Positions 25,919 through 37,912 of a stretch of 64,000 nt of DNA are shown one piece after another. The DNA is taken from the NCBI GenBank assembly GCA_029953675.1, contig JAMWBK010000005.1:930001-994000 (forward strand), in the 5' to 3' direction. Source of the DNA: Rhodosorus marinus CCMP1338. Its lineage: Eukaryota; Plantae; Rhodophyta. A program made the position numbers and the translations under genes. Each line of letters begins with the position of its first letter. The stretch's first letter is position 1. The notes beneath the pieces were generated by a model, which did not search any database, had not been told where the DNA came from, and saw only the letters and a program-made list of their open reading frames with translations.

Positions 25919-26633
25919 ATGTTGAGCGGGGCTGGTCGTCGTCCGTTGTTCGTCCCGGTAGGGGGAGCAGCGCTTGGTAAGACTGGTAGAAGCCGGGCTG
26001 CGTGCTATTGTTCAATTGGAAATCATGTAAAGGAGGCTCCTCTTACGCTGCATACGACTGATGATACGAGTATTAAGGTGAGTTTCGGCTAGGTAGTAAG
26101 CAGAGCAAGTCCGTTTTCGATGATGGAATGGTATTGAACGTTTCGAGGAGGTTGCTTTTTCTCATTGAAACTGTGGGTGACTTCTTTCGGCTTTTGCAGA
26201 TTCTGTACCCGGTTGAAAAGGGAGAAGAACTAATCAACGCGGTTAACTCGCTGATCTTGACCTTCAATAACATTAAAAACGCGGCTGAAGACGGAAAACG
26301 TTTTAAGGGAGACAACCTGGAGTACTTCTTGGAGCACGAAAATGTCAGATTCGAACTTCAGTGCAATCCAAATCTGTTCCCAGAGCTAGTCCACGCCAAG
26401 GTAGGAGCTTCCACGAATTCCAACGGCCGTCTTGTGTTGCATCCCACTGTTCAAAATTGCCTTGCGAGTTCGTTTAGCGACTTATTTCTTGACGCAAAAG
26501 AGCTCACGTCCATTCCGCGCTTGAACAGGTCTACGTAAAAGCGGATGACGGGCGCTTGTGTGTTTCTTCCATGGCACTGCTTCCCAAGTTGATAGAAAGT
26601 GTGAAGCTGTTCAAGGCGCAACAGCAACTCTAA
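25919..26633 (+). CDS. Probable plastid-targeted, cyanobacterial-type conserved hypothetical protein (exons 25919-26077, 26200-26400, 26529-26633; 154 aa)
   Basis: Three phase-0 exons join into one ORF. Ser/Arg/Ala-rich transit-like N-terminus. The C-terminal 'LEYFLEHENVRFELQCNPNLFPELVHAKVYVKADDGRL' recalls a cyanobacterial family with 'LEVFCNPNIWP..FAAKV...DDRIRL' (from memory, not searched). Confidence 0.6.
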
Positions 26634-26804
26634 AGATCAACAAAACAACAATCGGTGGTAAAGAGCGGGTGAAAATGAAAGAAAGATGAGGGAGTTTTTT
26701 AGTAAAATCATGAGGTCCTAAATGAAGTCCAACTTCATAGCATGAAGCCTCGAACGCAAATGCAAAACAAAAGGAAAAGCTGACCGGGAACGGAGTTCTA
26801 CTTT

Positions 26805-29800
26805 TTAGAGTTCCTCCTTGTCCGCAACTTCTTCTTCTATTTCCGTATCATACTCCTCATTGGCAAAGTCGTCTCCCTCAAGATCAATACCGTCATCGTC
26901 ATCATCAGCGTCATCGCCGAAGCCCATCGGAATATCCCCAAAGTCGATCGGAACCTCCACCTTCTCCGGCTCATCGTCGTCGACTTTGGTCATGTCTGGC
27001 ATCGGCGGCTCCTCAAAGGTTGCGTTTGGATCCATTCCCAGAGTCTGCGCCATCAGCTTCGATATTCTGATGCCATGGTCAGTATGATCATGGAGGTAGT
27101 ATCCAGAAGCCACAAGCGCGGCATCGTACAGAACATTTATGATGTCCGCGGCTTTCTGCGACTGCGGATCCCTCTCGATGAGCATGTTCAACCCTTCCAC
27201 GATCGGATGATAGGGGTTAACTTCCATAACTTTCTGCTTTGGTACGGTTTGCACTGTATCAACAAAATCATGTTAAAAGTTGTCAGCTCAGATCACCGTG
27301 AAAAGATGGTGAAGGATGGGTTCATTACCCTTTTCGGGATTCGCCAAAGCCTGTGCTCTCATGACCGTCTCCATTCGCGCTGTGTATCCAAACTGCTCGG
27401 ATGATAACGCACAGGCTGATCTTGTGAGCTTCATCGACGCCCGGACAGAGCTCACCTTGTCGCTGCCGAGAGTTTCTTTCATGAACGTTAGGAGCGATTT
27501 TATGGACTGCCTCCCCCTCTTCGCCTTCGTACGAATCACTTCATCGTCCTCGGAACCCAGACGGAAGTTGTCCTTTGCAACAGCCATGAGCTTTGTGCCT
27601 TGGAACTCCTGGTAGTACTGCAGCAAGAACTCGTCCACGGGATCCACAAGATAGATGACTTCGTACCCCAAGTCCACCAGCTGCTCAGTGAAGGGAGAGT
27701 TCTTAACAGCATCCAGCGACTCCCCACTGTGGACGTAGATATAATCTTGGCCTTCCTTTGCGCGCAACATGTAGTCTTCCAGAGTCTAAGCGAAGTGAAT
27801 AGCCGCAAAACAACGAAGTTGTCAATACGAGCCGTGCCATAGCTCTTCCAAGGTCAACGCAAATATTTTGCTGGCTAACTTACGATAACATCATTGGGAT
27901 CCCTCAGTGCAGTCTTGGAGCTCTTGAAACGAACGATTTTCGCCAGTCTGTCTCGGTTTGCAACATCCTGAACCAGTCCCATCTTGAGTGTGGCTCCATA
28001 TACTTTCCAGAAACTGCACGGTGAGGAGTGAGATGCCAACCAGATAAGATCTCCGCCGACAAGGTCACAAATTGAACGTGCAAACTTACTCAAGGAACTG
28101 TGACCCGGGCTTCCGCGGATCATCTTTTTCTGGCTCATAAGGTTCCTTGTCCATCATAATCTTGATGGCCTCGAGAGCTTTGCGGAGCAGTTTCTTCTTG
28201 ATCGCGGTGAGACTCTTTGACTGCTGAAGTGTCTCTCGAGATACATTTATGGGGAGGTCATCCGAATCGACAATACCAACGATCATGGAGAGCCAAGCAG
28301 GGAGTAGACCATCTTCGACCGTATCTGTCACAAGCACTCTCCTTACGTAGAGCCTCACGAGATCCTTCCTCGTCTTCTCTTCCACGTGGGTTAGTGAACG
28401 AATCGGCTTCTTCGGGATATACAGCAACCCACGAAATTCGACGTCACCTTCAGCCTTGAAGTGAATGTACGTCAAGGGCTCCTGTCGTTTCGGAAGGATC
28501 AGGAACAGCATTAGAACGAAGTCTGTGAGAAACCAAGCCGACGACAATGATTTCGGATTCATAAGATCGTTCTCCTTGAAAACTCTTGGATGACCGCTTG
28601 CAAGCTTGCAGACGCACCTCATCAGTCTTGGCAATAGACTTGAAGAACGAAGTGTACTCCTCCTCGGAGATTTCCGACGGGTCCCGAGTCCACAAAGGTT
28701 TGACGTCATTGACAAGGCTCCAGTCGTACTTGGGAGGAGCTTCCTCCCCTTCTTTTCTTGTTGGATCCTCTTCTTCTGAAATAATTTCCTCATCATCTTG
28801 CTCAGCACCTTCCTCGTCCGTAACATCTTCGTCCTCCGGAGTCTCAGCGTCGACTTCACCATTAGTGCTTTCATCGCCCGTACCTGTATCAATGACTGCC
28901 CCTTCCTCTTCCTCTTCCGGTTCTTCCGGCTCTGGAACCTCCGGAACCTCCTTATAAACGTAGATTGGGAAGACAATGAATTCTGAATACCTCTTAATTA
29001 ACTCTTCCAATAGCCCAATGTCCAGATATTCAGCAGCATCTTCCTTCACTTCCAGAATGACCTTCGTTCCTCGTCCTGGCGGGCAGAGAGAAGGCATTAG
29101 CTTCCACGATCTTCGGGAGACATGTTGGCCTATGTTATTAATCTTACCGAGGGGTTCAGAGTCATCCTCCTTGATCGTAAAGCCTGAGTTTGTTTTGCTC
29201 GACCACCTCCATTGCTTTGGATCGTTATTGTTCTTGGATACGACCGTAATCTTGTCGGCCACGAGGAAAGCGGAATAGAATCCCACACCGAACTGTCCGA
29301 TGAGGTTAGCGGTGTCAGCGCCCCCCCCGGACTCGAGGTCCTTGGAAATTTGCTCAAGAAACGCGGAAGTTCCAGACTTTGCGATCGTGCCCAAATTATT
29401 GATCATGTCCTGCTTGGTCATGCCCACTCCACTGTCCTCCACCGTAATTGTTCTCGAAGACAGGTCGACTTTGATCTTGATATGTAGATCTTCTCCAGCT
29501 ACGAGAGCACTGGAATCAGTGAGCGCCTGAAACCGGATCTTATCGATGGCATCATTCGCGTTCGAGATCAGTTCCCTCAGAAAAACGTCCCGGTTTGAGT
29601 ACAACGAGTGGATCAGAATATCCATCAAACGAGTTACCTACAACATCAGCGATATCAAATGATAATGAGTTGACAGCCCAGCAAATCAAAACCCTCGGTC
29701 ACAAAAACTAATACCCGGTTGTTTGCACATACCTCAGCCTGGAACTGGAAAGTTTCCACTTTCCCTAAATCCGCCCTCACGGGTGACACCCCGCACACAA

Positions 29801-29855
29801 GCGCGGTTGAAAGCAGCGCCACAGACAGTCTCCAGAACACTGAAGATCTCGCCAT
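26805..29855 (-). CDS. HSP90B1: ER Hsp90 / endoplasmin (GRP94), multi-exon
   Basis: Signal peptide MARSSVFWRLSVALLSTALVCG; 'FQFQAEV', 'MDILIHSLYSNRDVFLRELISNANDAIDKIR', 'IGQFGVGFYSAFLVAD', 'GIVDSDDLPINVSRETLQQ', 'MEVNPYHPIV'; ends KEEL*. Confidence 0.95.
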
Positions 29856-31245
29856 ATTGAAGAAAGACTACTTGGGCCGGCCCCAAAGAAAGACCCGGGC
29901 CACCGCAAAGATCGCCGACTCAAGCTGATTAAATCGGGACAAAAACGAAAACAGAAAGAAAAGGAGCTCAATGCAAAACAAAAGTGGTCAACCCCAACTA
30001 AACCAAAGACAGACTAAACCCTTGCGTGCGCCCTCCTTCCTCCCCACCTCCCCACCTCCCCACACTAACGCTCCGGCCGTAACCCTCTACATACCGATCT
30101 AAAAACAGCCAACGGACAAAAGAAAGAAAAACGAAAGCATCCTCTAGACGAGTCAATCAGTTTAACAAATAAAGACTAGATCAATCAATCAAATCTATAT
30201 ATCTTAGAAATATACCGAGAAATATTGATAGATACAGTCATTATGGGCGACTGCCAAATCGTGGTCTCGATATCCAATGAGCTGCTTGATTTTTCTTATA
30301 AGCCAATTAGAACGAATTATTGGGTATCTTAGATCGTATTTTGTCCAATACAGTATCGATTATACGACTTATGGTTGTTTTACGTTCAAAACATTATATT
30401 TATTTTTACATGATGATATAACACGTATCCAATCGTTGTTCTTAGCACGTTCCATAGGAGTAGCTCTGGGATGGTGGTTGGACGGCTTTTTCTTCTACGT
30501 TTCAATCTTTTGGTTGTTAGTGATTGAAATAAGTCATTAATACATGAAAAGTGACTGATTCTTTTGAAATACCTGTTTTTGACTGACAGTTTGCTACACG
30601 GCTACAGCGATTCCCGCGGTCGGGGGCAGCTCCAATGGGGTGCAGGCACCAGAGAGCGACCTAATGTGTATGTAGAGTAATCTATACTGTGGAATCCATC
30701 TCTACCAGACGAATAAGCCTAGTCCCTCGGCATCCATGTTTTCTGAATCTGGACGTTTCGGGTTTAAGAAAGTGCCTCCGCCTTGTTGAAGGATGTGGAT
30801 GTGGGGCATGAAGCTGGACATTTGGCCGGGTTCTCCGGTGAAAAACTGGTGAATAAGGCTTCCATTGAAAGTATTATTCTCTTTTTACTGTCAGCGTGTA
30901 CTCCAGGTTTCCATCGTCCAATTGTTTAGCATGTTGCTTGAGTGCTCTGCGCTTTAGACCCGGCCTAAGTTCTAGTACCTCGCCCCTGCGACAAGAACTA
31001 GCAAGAGGACTCCCCAGTCCCCTTCAATGTCCTCAGCTGCGAGCAACTCGAAGCGAGGTACCTCCGCAGCGACGCGAGCTTTGGACGCAAACGCATCCGC
31101 ATTCATTGGAATGCGGGACAGCCCTTCAGCCTACGCTTTTGAGTAAACAGTGCGCTGAGACGATGCCAAGCCCGCTGGAGGCGAAACCGGCTGAAGGCGC
31201 TTGAGAGATTCTGTGTGTGGTTTTGAGATCAGTAGGAGCCAAAAC

Positions 31246-33049
31246 ATGAATTCTATTCGGCTGTTGAACGTCGCTGATGGCGAGGTGCTGCCTCATCGAA
31301 TGGCACTTGTGCATGGGGTAGCAGTCGGGTGCCACCGGATTCAAGTACGAGTTCGTGGAGAGCACGTGGGAGACTCGAAGGTTGTGCATGACAGATTCAA
31401 GACTGTCTTTATGCTTGAAGATGGACATAATGCGGTTAGTGACCTGTTCAACCTGCTCCTTCTCACGAGAACGGAAAACGGATAACCTTTGATTGCCTTC
31501 TGCTCTCTGGACCGGTACGAACAGGTGGACCTTGTCGGTCAGGTGATCCAGGAGAACGACGATCGATCAGAGCTCTACGACGCAGATCACTTGTCATTCA
31601 CAGTTTTTCATAAGCCGATTCTGGGGAGAAGGGAAGTACGCCTTCACTACCTCATGACGACTGACTCCGATGGAACGTTCCAAGCCCCCCCAGGTGAACC
31701 CAACGACCAGTATACCGGGATGATGCGGGTGAGAACTATGGGTTTGGTACTGCAATTCGAAAAGCTAAACAAGCATTGTAGAGGATTGTGTCCTTTCTGA
31801 TGAGCTGACCCATGATCCCCTGTGCTGTCTATCAATTTGTGCGGTACTCCCTCTGACATTCAAGATGATCCAGCTGGCTACTGCTGAAATGCTCAGAGCA
31901 TGGTTTCCGGACCATCCTAGGACGACCTTCAAGATCTCCGATGATGTTTATGAAACTGTGCTCCCACTTACGAAGGCGGAAGCATGGGAAAAGGATGGTC
32001 ATGCCCTTTGGGGTCTAGTGAATCGCAATTTATCACTTCGAAACCCAGACCTCATCAACCTAGGAGTAAGGATATTTTACCAAAAGAAAAACGTTGGTGA
32101 TCAGTCCCTGCTCGGAAAAGGAAAAGAACTGACTGGCTTCCGTATCTGATGGGCTTAGGTAATGTCATTCTCAAAATGGAACGGAGAAAAAGCTCTGGCG
32201 CATACGGCTTTGGGAGGAAACTGTACTGCCTTGTTCGGTGGAGCCAGCATGTTCACCTGGCCGACGGACGTGAACGAGATCGAGAGTCGGTTTTTGGATA
32301 ACAGAGACATTGACCGCTCCGTAAGCTTCAAGGATGGACCAAGACAGGGTCGATGGGGCTCTGCCTCAACAACTATCGGGGCTTGTCTCCATGAGCTGGG
32401 ACACTGTCTGAACTTACCCCATCCTGGTGGGCGACTTAAGAACCTGGGAATCATGGCTCGTGGCTTCGGTAAGCCCATCAGGCGAATATCGGAACCAGGA
32501 CGAGAGTTTTTGCTAATAGCATCACCTTCCGTGATCGAATCAGACTTCTTGAATCGCGTTTTCGTATTGGAGGAAAACGGCCGGCCTCTGCAGTTGGGCG
32601 AAGTCGAGGCGTACTTCGACAGAGGGTCTGCCTGCAGGCTGTTGTATCACCCCTTCTTGACTCAACGCGAGCCCAGAAACTGCCCCAAGATGTACATTGA
32701 GCGGGGTACAGAGGATGTCATAGTAACCGCCGATGACGGGATTAGACAGGTCGCGTTTTTCGTCAACAGCGAGAACTGCGGCCACAAGGAGTTTGCGCTA
32801 ATTGATAATCCACCAAAGATGGTCAGGCTTGCGAACAAGGTATGTCCAAACGCTGAACGTTCAAAAGCAAGCTGGGAGCGTTCCCGTTGAAACCAACCGC
32901 CCCCCCCCCCCTCGCTCTTCCCATAGGACGCTCTGAGAGACGAGTATGACATCAAGAAAACCAACCACAAAATGAAAATATCTGTAGTAGACTCAAACGG
33001 CTACATCTTCGGGTTGTTTCTGAAGGATATACCTCTTCAAAGAAGCTGA
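31246..33049 (+). CDS. Putative zinc metallopeptidase (Metallopep/YIL108W-like), multi-exon
   Basis: 'VRLHYLMTTDSDGTFQAPP', 'QLATAEMLRAWF', 'AHTALGGNCTALFGGASMFTWP', zinc-binding 'TIGACLHELGHCLNLPH', 'GIMARGF'. Last exon ends TGA at 33047-33049. Confidence 0.75.
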
Positions 33050-33119
33050 CTAGATTCGTCAAAAAAAGGTTGTTTCTGAAGGATATACCTCTTCAAAGAA
33101 GCTGACTAGATTCGTCAAA
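33012..33119 (+). repeat. 52-bp direct tandem duplication spanning the peptidase stop codon
   Basis: ggttgtttctgaaggatatacctcttcaaagaagctgactagattcgtcaaa at 33012-33063 and 33068-33119, separated by extra A residues. Confidence 0.9.
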
Positions 33120-34711
33120 GGCAAAACCAGAGAATTCTTAGCATTACAAACCCCACATCAAACTAGTTTTGGTGACTAGAGCCATGATCGTGCCAACAGG
33201 TCGTTAGCAGTTGCACACTGAAACAGTATTGAACTGTCTAGACGTGCCGAATCACTCCAAGGATCATTTTCCAGGCTTTCAGAAAGAGCCATGACGGGTG
33301 ATCGAGAGACTAAAACTGAGAGAGGCGAGCGAGTGCAGGATCGGCTGCCGCGTCTAGTCCGGGTGTTGAGTCAGCATGCGAAATCTCTGCAGTTTCTGCG
33401 TTTCCAAGTCCCCATCCCATAGCAATTCGAGTGCAACCGTGCAGTCCCGCTCGGTTTCCCCGCTTCGTGGAAGATCACGTTGTGACTTTGTTCTACATAC
33501 TCAAAGTGATCCCTTCAGTAGAGTGAGCTAGCACGTGTTGCCAGCCTGAGGTTTGCATGATATAGTGCAAATTCCTCTCGCGTCGTCGCTGGGAATTTTG
33601 TTCTAATAGCGGAGCGTCATACTCGGGCAACAGTACAAGCACTACACTTAGTACGACGTACTAAATCCAATGCCATCGTAAGCGCATCATCTCCGCCAAC
33701 TCCTGGTAATCCTTTCCCCTTAGAGTACTATCGGAACGAGATGTATCATAAATAAAAAACAATTATAATGATTACTCACAAAATATATGAAGAGATATAC
33801 CCACTATAGTTTCTTAGGAAAAAGCTGTAGCATTGGACTGACGAAGGAATCTGGTCCGGATAGATATCTTCAATCAACTTAGAAACCGTTGTGATCTTGA
33901 AAATATGTAATAATACCGAATGTGCGTACGAATAGTCCTAAAAGTTTCCGCATATAAAGATAAAACTTACAAGAAATAGACACAAAAAAGGATGATACAA
34001 ATAAACTATACTCAAGAACCCACACATTCAATCAATAAAACGTCATAAGAAGAAAAATAAATGCAATATCCTATCAATAGCGGTCAATGATTGAATCCGT
34101 TTTTACCGGTTATTGGAGCGTTATGTAGCCTTTTTTTCCTTAGTGTTTTTCTAGTATTCGTTCAGTTCACATTTTAGTGTGTTTTTGGGAAGATCGGCGC
34201 AAAGGCGAGCGTTACTGAGATTTCACAGCTTGTAATATCGTTTAAGAGTCAGAATTTTATTCAGTCTCTTTGCCAGTATAGAGACTGACTACACTGTTTC
34301 CCTTCGTATTTGAACAAAATTAGTTTTAAAACGACTGACTCTGCGGAAACTCGTTCATGCTTTTGTTTTTTTCGCAGCTCGCATTTGAGGAAATGCGATG
34401 TGAGAAATATATATTGAGAATGTTGGCGAGTAGCTTGCCGGGGGGGGGGGGGGGGGTGGGGGTTAGGTCAAGGAGATTTCTCCTTTCGCCGGTGTTGTTT
34501 ATGGGGAAACAAAGCTAGTGCTATGATACGGAGTGTAGAGTATGTCGATAGAAGCAACAGGCAGATTTGTCAGATAGTAGTACGAGTGCCTCTCGTAACA
34601 ACTGAAATTCGTCGTAGGAACGGTTGACACGGGTGGTTTTTGCGGTGGGTGGATTGGTTGTGTTTATTTTTCTTGGAACTGGCTTGGGGGTTTCTCTCTC
34701 TGTGCGCATGA

Positions 34712-36121
34712 ATGGAGGAGGTCAGACCTCAGTTGTCTCAGGATGAGCTTCTGTGTATTTTTGAGGAGTTGGGGGCGCCAGAGCTTCAGACATGTTCGCA
34801 GGTATGCTCTGACTGGCGCAGACTTGCGAGGAATAAGAGACTTTGGCAGAAAATTCTCGAGGAGGAGCCACTAGTTGTGGCTCCCAACTGCAGACCGGCT
34901 CCTTGGGATGTTTACAGTTTGCACTCTAGGTGGTCATCAGGTCTCTCGACCGATTCCAGAATAGGAATACAGGGCTTGGCTCCGGCTTCGCTGGCTCTAT
35001 CTGGTAGCTTCATTATGGGAATTCAGAAAGCGAGTCCGAGAACTTTTTCTGTCGGCACTGGAGGAAATTCTGGCGTGAACATCGTCGACCTCGGCGAGAT
35101 GGAGACTTACCACTGCTCTGTCTCCGACGACGGCTTCAGCGTGTTTCATTGGGCGTATCCAAGCAGAGAATCTAGCATCCTTGATGAGTCCATTATGTCG
35201 TTCTCTTCTTGCGGCGAGGTAGCTGATATTTATGTGGACCAGTACGTCCAAGAGCTACAAGCGTCTGCACACAACATATTCCCTCAGCTCAATGTTTCTA
35301 CTGTTTCTGTGCTTGTTCTTGTAGAGCCCTAAGAAACGGCAACACTCAAGCGCTGAGTATGGGCAACGATGGTCGGATTGCTTTTGGCCTCAAGGAAGGT
35401 TCGGTCTGTATAGTATCAAGAAGATGGGGTAATCCGACAAAGGTCGATTACAGTCGATATGGAGAGCCTCCTATTTGTTGCATAGACGCCAGGGATGATT
35501 CAATGTGCGCGGCAGGATCAGAGCTTGGGGATGTAACGACAGTGGCCTGGAGTACTTTGAGCGTGAACAGGCGACTGATCGGGCCCTGTGATTGTCGTGT
35601 TTCTGCCGTATCCACAGTGAATGATAAGGTAGGGATTTTGTTATGTGTCTTGCATCGCACTTGGATATTGATGGTGCAAAGAAGCTGTTTAGCTCACAAG
35701 AAAAACGTCTGCTATTCCGGTCCTGCCCCGTGACGTAACCCAGATTGTCGTAGGAGGGTATGATCATACACAGGTCGGGAATGGCCACCGGAACACAGTA
35801 ATCGCCTGGGACGTTCGTGCCAGCTCCAGAATAGGAAGCTTTGGACGAGACGTGAGAGGATCTGGGCACTCACTGCTTCCCGTGAAATCGATATGCGGAG
35901 ATCGCTCAGATGGACGTCGCATTGCTGTTGCTTACGAGGACAGAGTAGCGATTTTTGATACGAGAACTTGGAGCTGTCTCAGGGAGCACCATGTGGCGGA
36001 CTCGGAACAGGTTAGCGCGATTGCAATGAACGATGAGTGCGCCGTTGTCGGAGTAACGGTTTCACAGGAGGACCATTTACCACCAACTGGACACTTGATT
36101 TCCCTCAGTTTTGTGGGTTAG
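34712..36121 (+). CDS. F-box protein with probable WD40-like repeats (3' end and exon structure uncertain)
   Basis: N-terminal F-box 'LSQDELLCIFEELGAPELQTCSQVCSDWRRLARNKRLWQKIL'; downstream beta-rich segments 'ICCIDARDDSMCAAGSELGDVTTVAW' and 'IAVAYEDRVAIFDTRTWSCL'. Confidence 0.65.
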
Positions 36122-37804
36122 ATACCCGCTCAACCTTTCTCCACATGAGATACATCTCAATGTCTGCAACTGGAAGGGTTTGACATGATGGACGTGGTGT
36201 GATACACTGTAGAACTGCCTTTATTGAGTGCGACACCACCCCTTCCTCGTGACCGCGGAATACTATTACCCCTCGCGCGCTGATCCGGAAAGCATCGCTG
36301 AATCAATTTTTTCGTCGTCGGACGAAAATTGACCTAACGATTTGCGGATATTTTAGGACTCCGAGCTTTTCAGAAACTCTCCTGGAAGTCCGATGCGGGC
36401 GTGCCATGGAAAAATGCTCCTCACTAAGAGGAACGGGGGAGGAAACAGAGGAAAGCTTGCGGAGCGATACGACTTTGGCTCAGGCCCTTTAGCTTTCCAG
36501 GAAATAGCTTGAGTGGCCATCCGTATCAGCTTCCATTGCTCATCGGACAGGTTTTATGCTTTGGCAAGAAGCCCGGTTCACGTCACGGCAAAAAAATTTC
36601 TTGCCATAGGGTTTCTGATAATACGAGAAGTTTCCGATTGTCCTACGCCGCGTTACTAAACTGATTCGAGTACGAACACTTGATGTGTTGCCCAACGTTT
36701 GTCGCTTTCGCGCTGTCCGATAGTGACAGGAGTAACTGAGAAAATGCTGAGTTTGATCGATAAGGTGTAGACGTTGCTAAAGCCCTGGAGTTGCTACCCT
36801 TACATGTATCACAACTCCGTGCAAACGATGTAGGAGGCCTAGCACTCACTGCTGCTCGAAACGCATCATACCTGCGGCAGACCACGGACGAGGCTATTTA
36901 TGGAAGATTCCAAACGATTTGTGAGCCTTTACCTGACGGTTATAGATCAAGTCCTGATCCCCTGTACAACAGATCATATCTCATCGATTCGTAGCCGTAG
37001 GCGTGCAAGGACAAACAGTCAGTCAAAAGTTCATTGCTGTCACTGAGACCTTTTTCGTCTGAAGGTCTTCAGTGACAGCCGCCGAGTCATCCTGGGACGG
37101 GAGAACCTTGAATTTCCTACGCTGGCACAAGCCGCCTCTGGCACCACATATGCCCAACGTTCTTCAAAAGCTGTCGGCATGCGGCAACATACGGCTCTCC
37201 GCCACTTGCATGCCACAGTGGGGGGCAGCCAGTGGGCCTCCCACACAGTTCCCGTGCTCGCCACCCTACGCAACGTGAGGCCACCTAGGCATGAATCCGT
37301 CGCGCTCGCTGATTATAAGCAGGTGCTATGCCAAGCCCTAGGAATTCCGGTCAGTATGGTCCCACACATTGACTTTGTCGCAACCCACGCTCTGCTAGTA
37401 TGTCATCCAGATGCGATTCCGCTTATCAAGAGCAGTATCGCTCGCGGAGTGTTCCGGACGGGAGTGTTTGGCTCTTTCGCAAAGCGTCGCAAGGACCACC
37501 AAGTCTCCCTGCATACTGGGCTAGCACCTGATCCACAGAATCTGCTGGGCTACAACGAACGCCAGCACATTGCTGAGCAGGACATTTCCCGCCACACTTT
37601 GGCCGGGCGATTGAGCAAGTTCAACGTATCAAGCACAACCTATCGACACGACCGCTGCCATTCTCGGTCTCAGCCGTGATTCACGCGCAGCTTGACGCCC
37701 GCTTGGAATACCTGGCTGCCCGTGTCGCGCCTAGTCCGCAGGAGCCGGCGGGCACCTGGGGGAACACAACCACCAACGCAAACGCAACCCACCCTGCAGT
37801 CTCT

Positions 37805-37912
37805 ACCCTTTCTGAAGTGGCCACCCACCCTGAAGTGCCAACCCACCCTGAAGTGGCCACCCACCCTGAAGTGCCAACCCACCCTGAAGTGCCAACCCAA
37901 CCTGAGGTCTCA
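37805..37912 (+). repeat. 18-bp coding minisatellite (THPEV[A/P])x6 inside CRE copy A1
   Basis: Six acccaccctgaagtg(gcc/cca)-like units. Confidence 0.9.

Noticed and set aside
36200-36800. HDV-like ribozyme at the 5' end of CRE copy A1
   Set aside because: Such ribozymes occur in R2-like elements, but I could not assemble the nested double pseudoknot by eye. A descriptor search would be needed.
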